Source of the DNA: Lepidodermella squamata
Taxonomy: Eukaryota > Animalia > Gastrotricha
Length of the DNA stretch: 64,000 nucleotides
NCBI GenBank assembly: GCA_047495785.1
Contig: JBLDXI010000054.1
Location: 930,001-994,000 of the forward strand
Direction of reading: 5' to 3'
Under the pieces are notes generated by a model. That model made no database searches and had not been told where the DNA came from. It saw only the letters and a list, made by a program, of their open reading frames with translations. The translations under genes and the position numbers were made by a program. Positions 10,185-23,084 of this stretch are shown in pieces. The stretch's first letter is position 1; every line of letters starts with the position of its first letter.

Positions 10185-10913
10185 GAGCTACTTCAAAGAT
10201 CGACCTCGGAAATAGCAAGCAAGCGTTTTGCATGAAGCTGTTCGGGTTTCATAGCTACTGCTACTGCTACTGGTACAGGTCAAACCTGGAGCCTTTTAGA
10301 CCTCAGCGAAACAGCTGTTGCTCAGCGTACCAGCCTTAAGCCTTATGAAAAGCAGAATTGAGAAATTATTAGTTTATAGATTGAAACTTTACCTCAATGA
10401 AATCCATATTATCGTTCATCGAAATATCAGCAGCTTGACGTCTCCTTTTGAACCACCCGATACCCGATTAGAAGAGACCCCGGACAATCAACTGTTCCGA
10501 TGTTCAGTCGGATGTATATTAACTGAAAGTTTTGGAAAACAAGATTTCAATTATTGAGTAGAGAGTAGAGCGATGTCTCCCTCAGAGATCATTAACCATT
10601 AAGCATTAGGCTCAATTTTTAGGTATGAATCTGCATGTTTGCATCTCTTCCGCCGAGAGCACAGCCAGGTTTTAACTGGAGATGTGGTAATTCCAACTTC
10701 CCACGGTAATCGTTCGATCTCTTCAGCTTTAGGATGGGCGTTTCTTGGGTATGAGTTTTTCAAAGAGTTTTCCGCAGTTGCCAATTTCATCTCAGCCAAT
10801 TTCTTTCTCGAAAATCGCGAGCAGCGAGCAGCAATGGCAGCAATGGAAGAGATATTGGGGATAAACTTAAGACAATTGACAAATATTTCCGAAAACTGGG
10901 AATACCCGGCCAA
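10185..10913 (-). pseudogene. Decayed copy of the multi-homeobox gene
   Basis: In order: NSYPRNAHPKAEEIERLPWEVGI (like HD2), FSVNIHP...GWFKRRRQAADISMNDNMDFIE then GT intron (like HD6 end), then NSCFAEV*KGSRF...AMKPEQLHAKRLLAISE (like the 5266 exon). Contains stops, frameshifts and a (CAGTAG)3 expansion. Confidence 0.7.
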
Positions 10914-12135
10914 AATATTGACGTTTCTACTTCATATATATATATATATTCTCATAGTCCAAATTAGTCAAATCAATTACACTTGTCACTTGCACTATAA
11001 ATGCGCACCCTGCCTCCGAGTATAGCAATCAGGCTATCAGGCTAAATTCAAATATTTAGTGTTCATTGACATCATATAAAAAAGGGGAGACGAAATAAGT
11101 TTAAGATATCAATGACGCGGGGTCGCAAGATTACATCCGCTTGCCGCAGCACCAGCAGAAACACAAATACGTGTAAAAACCTCAGAAAATTTAATATTCA
11201 ATCGCAGATATTTCAGGCAATCTCTTTCTTCCTGCTGCACTCCTTCTGTTTTCTGTTCTGACTTCAAAGGGAGTGCGCGAATGACGTGCGACGATTGCGC
11301 GAACGACGGTTGTCATAGGCTGAATAGTTGAACTGAGGTACCCTGCAAGACGTAAGAATGGATGTTGCCTCGTGACAAATTCTACGAAATCACGGAATGA
11401 CGTGTACATAAATAACTTAAATAACCTTAATTTAAATTGCTTGGACACGTTCTATAATGCCAGAGATGAACATCGGACATTTAAATAAAAACTTTGATGA
11501 GTTTTGATATTGAAAGACGCGCACGGGAAGTAAAGTCAGGTCTCCGTTGCATAAGTCATGAGTCTCTTTCAAATAGTCTTGAGAAGCCTAGTCTTGAATA
11601 GCAGCCAACTTTCCCCCATTTTTCGAGGTATCATTTTTTTGTTGTATAAAAGCCCGGGTTAGTATTTCGGTAACAACGGTATTTCATCTTTGGGAATTTT
11701 TTTGATGCTAGGCAGGCGTGGAAGAATGTTGTGGATGTCGATCACCGACAGATCCCAAGTTGCTCCGTGAAATAATTGGGTCAGACACATTTGACACGTT
11801 CAACATTGCAGAATCTATTGAAAGCATCAATAGCGAGGCATTTCACAATTATTAGAAGTACTGTACTAAAGAAATCATTTTGGCACGCTTTTTCGAGCTA
11901 AAAGTTATATTTTGGAACACCATGAACAACAAGTTAATTAATACGATCATGCACTAACCTCGAAAGATGAGTGCCAGTGATGAGAGAGATCCGCATGCCA
12001 AACCCACGTAATGCCAACTATCGTGCTATTCGTTACTTTCAAGTCACATTCTTAACATGAGAAAGCCAATTTAGGTTATAAGAAGTTAGAAATATCCTTT
12101 CCCGCAGTCATCGAGAGGAATAATTTTGCAACAAA

Positions 12136-14436
12136 ATGTGGTTATTCGCCACAGCTTTACACATTTTAGCATTAGCAGCAGCTTCCAATGTGGAAGGCCA
12201 AACCGCGATTTGGAAACCAAAAACAATCCAAGTGCTTCGATTGATGCCGATGGCTGATATTGATCCTAACCAGGTTGCAGCGATGCGATTCGGCTCCCAA
12301 CTTGCCGCGGACCAGGTCAACGCAAGGCGAGATATTTTACCAGACTATCATATCGAAGTGGTTTTCAGTGATGAATCTCTCGGCCTGCAAGCCCCGAAAA
12401 GGCTGGTCGAGTTCCGCAGACAGGCGGAGTTGAATTCGAGCGTAATCCAATCTCCCATAATTGTCGGTCCCGATTTCTCTTCAGGCTGCAAATCAGTTGG
12501 AATGGTTTTGCCGCACGTGAAAACAATAGGTCTATCAGCGTTTTGCTCCGCCCCTTTCTTTGCCGATCGCCCATTTAGGAATTTGTACATATCTCTGACG
12601 ACGGGAAAGACAGTAGCCATTTCTATGCTCCGATTCATTAAGGAAGTTGGGAAATGGAACAGATTTGCTATTCTCACAACTGCATTGAACCCATCCGACT
12701 ACGGCGTGACGTTTTTCTTACAAGAGCAAGCCATGGCAACAGACTCTTTGGTTCCTTGGTTCGATATGGTAACCGATATAAACCCACAATTAGTCGCTTC
12801 TCTAAAGATGAGTGGTTTGAGAATAATCGCCCTGGCCCTTGGCAATTCAATAATGGCGGCTAAATTTCTATGCGAAGCTTATAAACAAGGTTTGACCGGA
12901 CCACGTTACATATTCTTCAACTTCCTAATCGGTTTCTCATCGTTTCAACCTTCTGGGTGTACCCCAGAACAGCTCGCTGTTCAGTGGAGGCAAACAATTC
13001 TTTTTGGTAACACAAATCGGCCAGGTAACTACAGTGCGGCATCAGATTTAGGAACAACAGCCGGGGATTTGGAAAAAGCTGTCCTTCGGGAAATGAATGC
13101 AACATCAATGGATTCCTACCTTCTTTGCTATAACTCATATGACACTTTTATGAGAGCAGCTTTCATCCTTCATAACACAGAAATCAGGTTGAAATCCGAG
13201 TTCAATTCGAGTTTGGCTGAATACAGATTTGACCCTGATGTTGTAAGTCGAGTCACTAATGACAGTCTTCTCTCGACCAAAGTAACAGGAGTAAGGGTCG
13301 GGTTGCTTTCCGTTTCTTCAACAGGCCAAATCCAGGGCGATATCCAAGCCATTGCTCAGTGGAGCCCCGAAAAAGGAGTTGAAAATGTAGCACTGTTGAA
13401 GCGAGTTTCAGGTGAGGATAAAGATGAGTTTTCCTACGATAGTTATGATATAACCATCCTGCGAACTATTTACTGGCCATCCGGCAATGCTCCAATGGAC
13501 CAGCCAATTTTGGTGCGAGTTGAAAAGCGACTCCCAAATGGAGTCTTCATTACTGCTGTAGTGATCAGCTCAATTCTTCTGTTATTCCAATTTCTCGGAA
13601 TTATTTTGGTATTATGGAAACGGAAAAATACATGGTGCCCGTTGAGTAGAAGCTTGGGATTGATGGGTTGCCTGATACTCGACGCATCAGGAATACTATT
13701 TTCCATGGATCGAAAGCTTGATAGTCAAACGATGCTTGTTTCTTCGATAGTGACTTTGGCCGTTGGAGCTTCGCTCTGCTTCGGGGTAGTTTCTTTCCGG
13801 ATTTCAGTTATTACTCGCACGATTCCTCTGTCTTCGAAAAGGATGACACCAAATCGGCCTCTTTCACAATCTGCAAGTGGTACGAATCGAAAAAGGTTGA
13901 ATGCCGAAGTTTCCATTTCACTTCAATTCATGTTCACCGATGAAAAGAAAAGGTTGATTGACAAATCTGTTGCTGGACTAACGATTGTTCTCGCGCTTTT
14001 GAGTTCGCTAATTTTACTCGGTTGGTTTGTCACCCAGGAAACGACATGTACGACGTCACATCTTGGCCAGCCTGTTTATTCCGAATTCACGGATTCAATT
14101 GTTGAAACATCAGCTGTCAAGTGCTTCACGACAGATATAATTGGTTTCACGTCGGCCCTGTGTTGCCTGAACATTGTATTCCTGTTAGTAGGTGCTTGTT
14201 ACACATTTCGATTGAATCAGATGAAACGAGTTTCGCATGAAAGCGTTGATTTTATTCCGGCTGTTCTCGGTCTGGCAAATTGTGGGGCAATTTTCGTTGT
14301 TGGAATTTTGATCAGTCTTATTTTATCGACTCACTTGATCGAACAGCAAGTAGCTATCGTCTTTTTAATTCTTGCACTTTCCTTTTCATCTTCAACTACT
14401 TGGTTGTGGCCCCTGATCACTGATTTCCGGAAATAG
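12136..14436 (+). CDS. Class C (GABA-B-like) orphan GPCR, intronless, 766 aa; close paralog of 2230-4530
   Basis: Same length and motifs as the 2230 gene, including a 614-bp identical tract. Confidence 0.9.
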   Translation: MWLFATALHILALAAASNVEGQTAIWKPKTIQVLRLMPMADIDPNQVAAMRFGSQLAADQVNARRDILPDYHIEVVFSDESLGLQAPKRLVEFRRQAELNSSVIQSPIIVGPDFSSGCKSVGMVLPHVKTIGLSAFCSAPFFADRPFRNLYISLTTGKTVAISMLRFIKEVGKWNRFAILTTALNPSDYGVTFFLQEQAMATDSLVPWFDMVTDINPQLVASLKMSGLRIIALALGNSIMAAKFLCEAYKQGLTGPRYIFFNFLIGFSSFQPSGCTPEQLAVQWRQTILFGNTNRPGNYSAASDLGTTAGDLEKAVLREMNATSMDSYLLCYNSYDTFMRAAFILHNTEIRLKSEFNSSLAEYRFDPDVVSRVTNDSLLSTKVTGVRVGLLSVSSTGQIQGDIQAIAQWSPEKGVENVALLKRVSGEDKDEFSYDSYDITILRTIYWPSGNAPMDQPILVRVEKRLPNGVFITAVVISSILLLFQFLGIILVLWKRKNTWCPLSRSLGLMGCLILDASGILFSMDRKLDSQTMLVSSIVTLAVGASLCFGVVSFRISVITRTIPLSSKRMTPNRPLSQSASGTNRKRLNAEVSISLQFMFTDEKKRLIDKSVAGLTIVLALLSSLILLGWFVTQETTCTTSHLGQPVYSEFTDSIVETSAVKCFTTDIIGFTSALCCLNIVFLLVGACYTFRLNQMKRVSHESVDFIPAVLGLANCGAIFVVGILISLILSTHLIEQQVAIVFLILALSFSSSTTWLWPLITDFRK

Positions 14437-14832
14437 CAGAAAAAGCTCCCGCCTGAACCTCATTATTAAATGCATTTCAATATCATTTTCAACATGAATT
14501 AGCGGCTCCAAATAAACATCCTTTAGGAGAATTCGCGTACAGGCCGACCGGGGCAGAATTCGAACTCGGCCCAAAACATTATTATTTATAATGATAACAT
14601 AATCATTTACTCAATTACAATCTTTTTTGACAGCCGGAAACTGCGATAAAAAATGATCGATGTCCATGAGAACGCACATTCATGAGAAACAGGAAATGAT
14701 TCAGTATGTTTTCTGTACTCGAATGCAAGCCGAAATTGCTCCGTGAGCTTTTCTCAACTTACACACTTTCAGAGAAATCAGACGTGGACACCCTGGAGGA
14801 GGAGGTGGACTCAGATGCATTTTAATGTTTAT

Positions 14833-16081
14833 TCAAAAACGGCGTGGTTTCACGCGTCCTCGAGTCAAACTGATTGAAAGCCTTTTCCGGCCTTTGTTAA
14901 GCCTATCAAAAAATGACTCCATATGAGCTGGTGTGATACATTGCAATACTGAACTGATCAGCGCCCCAATGACTATGAAGAGAACCGCCAATTTCCTTAC
15001 CCATGCAAGTTCTGCCCGCCACGCACCCAGTGGCCACATACTATCTAGGAAAGTCGAGCAGAATCCTGGTTTGTTTACCCCCCTTTCCCCCCGTACTCGG
15101 AGCACTGAATTTAACTGATGACAAAGAGTATGAACAACCCCAATGACATTTTGGCAAGATATATCTCTCTACGCTGCCAGTCGCCCAGGCGGGCCCTGGA
15201 TTTCAAGACGGAATAAAGAGACATCGGTTTTGCTTGAATTGCAAGCCCACATCTAGTTTTCTTCATGTGATCAATGGCTTTGAAAATCGTCCAATAATTG
15301 TTCGCCACAAATACTGATGTGCTTGCGAAAAGAGATACGTAGTACATGACGCCTAAGAAGGTTGTGTCAAAATCGTCATAGAAGCTGTAGTCGAAATGAC
15401 CACAAATGAGAACAGGCTGGGTTGTGTTGAAGCTTACCAGTATCACCCATTTCGCGGCAAAGGTGTTCCATGGCCACCAAGCGAAGACAGCACTAAGCAG
15501 CATTAAGCACAGCAAATAGAAAGATCCACCGAAAATCTTGAATAAACTTTGAAGCCTCATTAAATATTGACGAAATCATTAACATACCTTTAACCCGCTC
15601 GGTTTGTAGTTGACTTTGTTTGAGGAGATGCAGAGGCGTCTTTCGTACGAAATTAAAGATTTAATGAATAAACCGAGCCCGCCAGTGGTCCAAAAGAGCC
15701 ACAAAGAGGCCGTGCAAGCTAAAGGCGATGCCTCCCACCAACCTGTTCTGAGGGTAATAAAGAGCCCATAGCAATACGAGCAGGCGAAAACGGCATCTCG
15801 TATGTGCAAGCAGCAGGTAAGAATGAAGAAATCGATTTTTACCCTTCGTTGGACGTTCACGATGACATTCACGATGACGCGATGATCGAAAAGGTGGTGA
15901 AAAGGGTACAAGCTACAACACAACCCAATCGGTCTTCCATGGTTGTTGATGTAACATCGTGGTAAAACGCAACGTAATAAGACTTCGAGCGGCCGTAGCC
16001 TCGATCTGGTAGGTCAACATCGATCCAACCACCGTTGACAACTCGAGCGATAGGGTACGTTGAATTAGTCAGATTGCCCAT
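14833..16081 (-). pseudogene. Class A orphan 7TM receptor pseudogene (close paralog of 25079-26294)
   Basis: Intron 15537-15587; 1-nt deletion near 15875 in exon 1; TAC>TAA at 15111-15113; 38-bp insertion 15070-15107 in TM6. Confidence 0.85.
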
Positions 16082-16105
16082 TTTCCCCTGCGGTGAAATT
16101 GCAAA

Positions 16106-16628
16106 CAGAGTGGCTATTCGTACATATATATGTACGCCATTTTGGCTATTCGTACATATATATGTACGCGAAAATGGCTATTCGTACATATATATGTACG
16201 TAATTTTGGCTATTCGTACATATATTTTTAGAAATAAATTGAACTGATGCGATGTGTACAATTTGTGAGATAACGCGTTGAATTTTTTACTACAAATCGG
16301 AAATTGGGTGAATTTAGAACCCTGAAATTTTCAGCTCCGTGGGCACATCTCTAAGGAAACTAGAGGGGTAAATGATAAATCGGTTTTAGGCCCATCCCGA
16401 AAGGTAGGTTGGTCCCAGCATGTCAAATTTGTTGGCACAACTTCTGCACAATTAGGCACATCTTCCCCTAAATTCTCAAGTCTCTATGAGCTACCGCTAA
16501 AATTCAGCATCAAATTCAATATCAGCAAAAAATCAGCTGAAAATATGTACGAATAGCCATTTTCGCGTACATATATATGTACGAATAGCCAAAATGGCGT
16601 ACATATATATGTACGAATAGCCGCACTC
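16106..16628. mobile_element. MULE/foldback-like MITE with tandem-repeat inverted arms, 523 bp
   Basis: Arms made of GGCTATTCGTACATATATATGTACG units (4 left, 3 right, inverted); 9-bp TSD AATTGCAAA at 16097-16105 and 16629-16637. Confidence 0.85.
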
Positions 16629-16806
16629 AATTGCAAATGACTAAGAAAAACTCAAAAAAGCTTGAATCTTTTGTCAACCCCGGAAAAGTACCTATACCTC
16701 TTAGTCTCTCTCTCTATCTCTCTCAAGAGCCTATTTTCATTGTGGAGGCGGGAAACGGGAAACATTTCCGATCTCTCAAGTTCTGTCAATAATCCAATGT
16801 CTAATA

Positions 16807-16870
16807 CAGTGCTCCCTCGATAACTGCACCCCCGCTATCAACACACCCTCTTTAATTGCAACACGTTTAT
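16807..16870. mobile_element. Solo left end of the CAGTGCTCCCTCG DNA transposon family
   Basis: TA followed by CAGTGCTCCCTCGATAACTGCA, the same terminus as 6151; no matching right end seen nearby. Confidence 0.5.
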
Positions 16871-17701
16871 GGACTCTGAGTGGTCGCGTGGCGAAAAAAA
16901 ACACAAATCGCTCGTAACTGTTTCGCGGTTCCCACTCATTAAGGCGCCGCTAAAGGATAGAAAGATAGAAAGATAAAAGGGCGGCAGACATTAGGGCGGA
17001 TGGTTTGAAAGGCGCTGGAAAAAAGGGCGTCCGAAAATTTGAATATTACGGCTTGTTCGGAATTTTTTTCAAGACAGATTTCGAAACAAATTTATTCTGC
17101 GACGAGTTACAGAATAATTCGATGACGATGATGATTGATTAAAAACTGCGACATTAAAGACTTGAAAACATTGATGTTTTCGTTTAAAAGCAAACCTCAA
17201 AGAATAGTTTTCAACTTTGCTCTCTCAGAAACATCAAGATGCGAGGCATCTGCCTATCTCTAACCAAGCGGTCTTTGTCAGGTCCGGCTTGGCAGAACCG
17301 TGGCAGCCTCCAGTGTTGTAGCCGCTACAAATGCAAATGGTCAATGTTGCTCCGCCGCCCAACCTTCGACCAACGGCTTTGCAACCGCTGCTCCAAGCTC
17401 GGGACAAAATTCCAACTGGTTTCCAGCTTTAACTTCCATTTTATCATAAACTGCAGTAAGCTACGTGAGCGTTTGTTCATAAATTAATGTTCAATGTGCC
17501 TTAACGCCAATGTCCATGAAAAAAGCGATCAAGTATGTTTCCATCCCTCAGATGTACGCTGAACATAATTTATACTTACAATACAATAATATACAAAGTT
17601 TACAAAGTTATATTATTCATATATGTATAACAATTCATTATTCAAAATATGGCGAAGAGGAGAAGTAGATATTTCCGAATATAAATGCTACTATGGGTTA
17701 T

Positions 17702-18896
17702 TCAAAAAACGACGACGTTCACGCGCCTACGAGCAAAATTTACCAGCAACTTTTTTCGTCCTATTTCAAATCTATCGATAAATGCCTCTATATCAGCCGG
17801 CCTGATACACTGCAGCACTGAACTGAGTAAAGCGCCAATTACTATGAAGAGAACGGCTGCCTTTCTGAACCAAGCGGGCTCTGTCCGCCACGCACCCAGT
17901 GACCACATACTAACCTGCAAATTCGTGACGAATCCTGGAATGTAACTGATGACAAAGAGTATGAACAACGCGACCGACATTTTGACGAGATAGATCTCTT
18001 TACGCTGCCACTCGGCCAGGCGGTCCCCTGATTTAAACGTTGATCGTGCTGAAACTCCACTTCGAGTTGACTTCAAATGGTCAATGGTTTTGAAAATCTT
18101 CCAATAATTGACCACCAAATAAACTGTTGCGCATGAGAAAAGAGATAAGTAGTATACGATGGGTAGGAAAGATGTGTCGAAATCGCCATATAAGCTGTGG
18201 TCGAAATTTCCACAAATCAGAACAGGCTGAGTTTGGTTGAACTCCTGCATTATGACCCACTTCGCAGCATACGAGTTCCATGGCCACCAAGCGAAGACAG
18301 CAGTGAGCAGCATTGACAAGCACAGCATAAGAAATGTTGCGCCACCAATCTTGGAATAATTTTAATTAAACCTTTAAAAATATGATCCTATACTTGCATA
18401 CCTTGAAACTGCTCGGTTTATAGTTGACTTTGTTTGACGAGATACATAGGCGCCTTTCGTACGAAATCGAAGCTTCGATAAGTAAACCGAACCCACCAAC
18501 GGCGTAAAAGAGCCACACTGAGGCCGTACAGGCTAGAGGCGATGCCTCCCACCAGCCAGTTCTTAGAGTGGCATATAGACCGAAACAATGCGTCCAGGCA
18601 AAGATGGCATCTCGAATGTGTAAGCAGCAGGTAAGAATGAGGAAATCGATTTTCACCCTTCGATGGACATACACGGCGATATTTAGAACTGACGCGATGA
18701 TCGACAGGGTGGCGAAAAGGGTACAAGCTACGACCCAACCCAATCGGTCTTCCATGGTTGTTGCCGTGACGTCGTGGTAAAAGCCAACGTAATAAGGCTT
18801 TGATCGGCCGTAGTCTCGATCCGGAAAATCAACATCGATCCAACCACTGTTGAGAACTCGAGCGATAGGGTGCGTTGAATTATTCAGATTTGCCAT
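17702..18896 (-). CDS. Class A (rhodopsin-like) orphan 7TM receptor, exons 18896-18402 and 18349-17702, about 380 aa
   Basis: TM2 LHIRD, ECL1 GWW, TM3 Cys and SISYERRLC, ECL2 ICG, TM6 KEIYLVKM...FVISYIP; 52-nt phase-0 GT-AG intron 18350-18401. Confidence 0.85.
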
Positions 18897-19593
18897 TTTC
18901 TCTCGAAATTACGAATCACGGCGTACAATACGTTTACGGAATACTGTGGAGCACAACGGAAAGCTTTCATGATTTTGCAGCCGCCGGAACAGCATCATTG
19001 CGAGAAAGGACATTTTTTCTTCCTGTGTTGCCTCGACATGCGTGGCCTGACGAATCTCGAACAGAATGCGTGGGGAATGAACAACGTGGTGAGTAATCTC
19101 GTAGCTTAGCTGCAATGCTCCAAGTTTCACCGATCAGCTTTAATGGGCGGAAGAAGAAATTCGATCATCAAGAATGCACAACACTCAAGCAGAGACCAAT
19201 TCGGCAGCTATTTCCTCTCTCTCCCTTCACTCCTGTGAAAATATTTATTTTCTCAATATCGCGAGGTGGGCGCCAAAACGACTTCGAAAAAGCTGTCGTT
19301 CAGTTTTTTTTAGCTATTTGGCTCAAGACTTGCAGCTTCTGCATAATGATTTACGGACATGCAATGAATTAGTGAATTGAAAGTTGTCGAAAGTAAATTA
19401 TCACTGCGAGACGAAACGACGGGAAGGCTATACAGTATTTGCAACAGGGATGAATATTTACATGTAGTTCATCGTTCATCAGTTTTCCAATGCTTTTACT
19501 TGAAAACAACTTGAAAACAACGTAACAGTCGATTTTTACATGTAATAACATCAAAAATATGTAAAAGCTAATTAAGCTTTCGCGATAATTATA

Positions 19594-19708
19594 CAGGGCT
19601 TTCGCGTAATAATACTCCTCTAAAAATAGCTTTGCTACTTTTTGCTTGCATTTCAGCTTTATGTAGCTATTTTTAGCTCACTCGGAGTATTATCAAGGGA
19701 ACGCCCTG
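19594..19708. mobile_element. Tc1/mariner-type MITE, 115 bp
   Basis: TA-CAGGGC...ATAATACTCC / GGAGTATTAT...GCCCTG-TA imperfect TIRs plus internal inverted CTAAAAATAGC. Confidence 0.65.
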
Positions 19709-20770
19709 TAGATCATAATTACCGGTGAAGACATGGTGTCATGACATGGTGTCATCACCGCGGTCGATTGCAAGGCGCGAGCTCTTAAAAGACTTAAAAA
19801 TGATAAATGTCCTTACTTTTTAGAATCATGAAGTATCAATTTGTCATTGTCGGACAGCAAGCCTAAGCCGAAGCTTACCATGATGATGATGACCTATCAT
19901 TTGGGCAATTAACAAATGCTTCTAAAACTTATGCCCGCCTATTCTTCATTCAGCCTTGTCCGTAGCTATAACACAACAAGCCTACTGGACCAAGTTCAAG
20001 TCTCAGCCGATTTGTTAAATCACCAGCAAAACGCCGATTTGTCGACGTGATGACTTCACTGTACAAAAGTGTACGTAATGGTATTGGTTTTGAGGAATCG
20101 ATATTTTCCAAAGCTGATTGAGTGATTTTGACATCGAAATCTTTTTCTGATTTGCCTTGATCCGCCAATCCCCCTGAAATTCGCACACTGCGTTATGCCT
20201 TACCTTAATCCCCCGGAAAGGGCCTATCAAATACCAATTACATAATCAAATGATCAACAAATTTTCGATTCGGAGAACAACACATGACACTGGAGCATCC
20301 AGCTAAAATTAACGGCTAAATTTTAGGTGTCATAACTAACTCAGATTCCGATCAGCAGAAAAAGTACCAGAACAACGTTCGCGAGTGAGAAACAAGTCGT
20401 GAAAGCTGATGTGAGTAGTAACAGGTAATCAGCTCGAAGTTTGGCATTTGGCACGGCGATGATTATCTTTATCTTTGCAAACTTTGCAATCTTTACAAAC
20501 GGAGCCATGTTTCTGGCGTAATTGCCTCTGAAAGTTCGCTTCAACATCTGTGAATCCTCAGAATTCAGTCGTAATAGATAAAGGAAATGCTCAGGAAAAA
20601 GGAAACTTTCATCTGAATCACGGCGATTCGTTAGAACTCACTGGTAAGTGCTTCGACATCCCCGAACGGTATCTTGAATTTCCCCATATACAGAAAGCGG
20701 CAACAATCAGGTGTTTGCCACCTCGAAATTGGACCTCAGATTCCCCGCTAAACTACTTAGCCCCTTCGTT

Positions 20771-20892
20771 TCGGAGCACTCGTCTTCGATAAAGTTTAGG
20801 GTTTATAATAATTTGGTTAATAAATTATTAATATTCAAGTTCATAATTTGGTAGCCAACTGGGACCAATGCGATGCCTCCCGCCTCGCTGCA
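20771..20892. repeat. Dispersed repeat, second copy at about 23812-23922
   Basis: Shared TCGGAGCAC.CGTCTTCG.TAA.GT.TAGGG...AGTTCATA.TT.GG.AGCCAACTGGG...CCAATGCGATGCCT.CCGCCTCGCT. Confidence 0.6.
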
Positions 20893-21621
20893 AGGCTGCC
20901 ATAGGGGGGGGGCGTTGAACGTCAAATGCAGGGATGTCGGCAGGTCAAATACAGGCATGGTTGAGATTACAACAGGCATTAAAACGTTGTGTTCGTCATA
21001 TGGCCAGTTTATCTGTCGAAAACGTCTTTTCTCTTGCCCGTGGTTATAGCTTATAGCGCACACAATTCCACGCACTCACTCGCGCTTTCCACGGCTTTCG
21101 GTCCCGATTTGGTTGCCCAACTGCTCGCGCACACAATTGCACGAATTTCTATTGAAACCGCGCGGTTTCCATCGTTTTCCACGGCTTTTTTACCACTACA
21201 CACCGCCATCCATGGCTTTTCATAAAATCCTTCCGCTTCTTGCATGGCGTTTAATTCGGCCTCATTCCTAAAAAAACCACTTTAAGTGCTTCTTCGATTG
21301 TCAGTCAATTGTCAGTGTATTCATATTTCCAGTATACGAGAAAAACCAGTATCGACGTGCCAACGACAGGATTGCTCCTGAAACCACAGGGGGAACCCTA
21401 TGGTTACGCCCCTGAAAACACCTCATTTGCAGAATTCTACTTTACGCAATGATCAGCCCTTATTCCCATGAAGTTGCATGAGTAAATCAAATCAGAAAAT
21501 TCCCAAGGTCATAATCAACATTAGGGCGGCAATAATATACAGAAGTTACAATTCACCAATTTATATATTTCGCACGCATTTATCGCTAACAACAGTAAGG
21601 TCTTTCGGTCGAAGCCTACCA

Positions 21622-23084
21622 TTAAGGAACGCCAATGCGATGTGTCCGCATTCTGACGATTGGAATGACCCGAAACCAGCCGCATTTCATCGCTGAAATT
21701 CTATCGACCAGAGCTTCGACGTGAGACGGGGTGATGCATCGAAGAACGGCGTTGAGAAAAATGCCGGTCATGCAAAAGAACACTGAGAACTTCCGTATCC
21801 AAGCATACTCCACTACCCAAGCCCCGGATGTCCAGGCTACCATGGCGACAGCCGAATAAAAAGCAGGTACGTAACTCGCGACCAGGATTAAAAAACTTGC
21901 TATCGACATTTTAACCAAATAAATCTCTTTCCGCTGCCATTCGGCCAGGTAAGATCCAGTTCGTGATTGTATTGTTGGAAAAGATTTAACAGTCCCAAGC
22001 GTCGGAGTTCCATGCGTTCCAGGCGACCAATTACGTGATTTCTTCAAATGGTCGATCGCTTTGAAAATCTTCCAGTAATTCAAACCCAGGTACGTGGTGC
22101 ATCCAGGGAATACAATGAAATAGAACAGCAATTTAATGCATGAAGTGTCGAAATCTCTGTAGAGACTGTACTCCCAGTCGCCGCAAACTATAACTGATTG
22201 ATTTTTATTCACCCCAGCAATGACAACGCGTTGTACTAAAAGGGTTTGCAATGGCCACCACGTGAAGGTAGAAGTAGCAATGAAACAAGCCATCAGCAGA
22301 AGAAAATTAACTCCAGCAATCTGAAATTAAAAGAAATCAAAATAAATTTCTTCTAGCGAGACCAATCTTGAATGTGCCAAATGACGGAGAATTTCGAATT
22401 AATTAATAGGATTTTTTAAATAATCATCGAATTTCGGTAAATTTTAGAAAATGCAGAACCTGGGCTAATTAGTTTTGTTCCACTTTCGGAAAAAATTCTT
22501 TCCTCTATTTCACTAAAAGCAGGACCTTTACAAGAAATACTGATTCCCGGAAAAAAATGCTGATTCATAATATACACCTTAAAAGTATTCGGCTTATAGT
22601 TGATCTTGTTCGAGGTGATACAGAGCCACCTTTCGTAAGAGATCGACGCTTCAATGACCAGGCCATAGCCGCCAACTGCCCAGATCAACCACGTGCTGAT
22701 CGTGCACGTTTCTTGAGGTGTTTCCCACCAACCAGTTTGAACAACAGAGAACAAGCCGTAGCAGAAACTCATTGAGAATAACGCATTACGGATGTGGAGA
22801 AAACATGTTAGCATGAGAAAGTCACGCTTTACTCCTCGACGAACGTATATGTAGATATTGACTATCGATGCGATGATTGCGATGATGGTCATTATTGAGC
22901 ATGCGATTGCCCAACCGAGTCGGTCTTGCACGCTCTTCGAAGCAACGTCATGAAAGACACCGACGTAGTAAGGCTTAGCTCGGCCATAGCCTCTTTCGGG
23001 TAAATCTACCTCGAGCCATGCGCCGTTCAGTATTTTCGCTTTTGGTGCAGCAGTTATAGATGTGGCATTGACCGATATATTCAT
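21622..23084 (-). CDS. Class A orphan 7TM receptor (most divergent copy), exons 23084-22578 and 22320-21622, about 401 aa
   Basis: Same family motifs (GYGRAKPYYV, SISYERWLC, KEIYLVKM, SYVP); phase-0 intron 22321-22577 at the same codon with a TTTCAG acceptor. Confidence 0.85.

Noticed and set aside
16106-16628. CRISPR-like array of roughly 33-bp palindromic repeats
   Set aside because: No unique spacers, the repeats invert at the other end, a 9-bp TSD is present and the context is eukaryotic: a foldback transposon.
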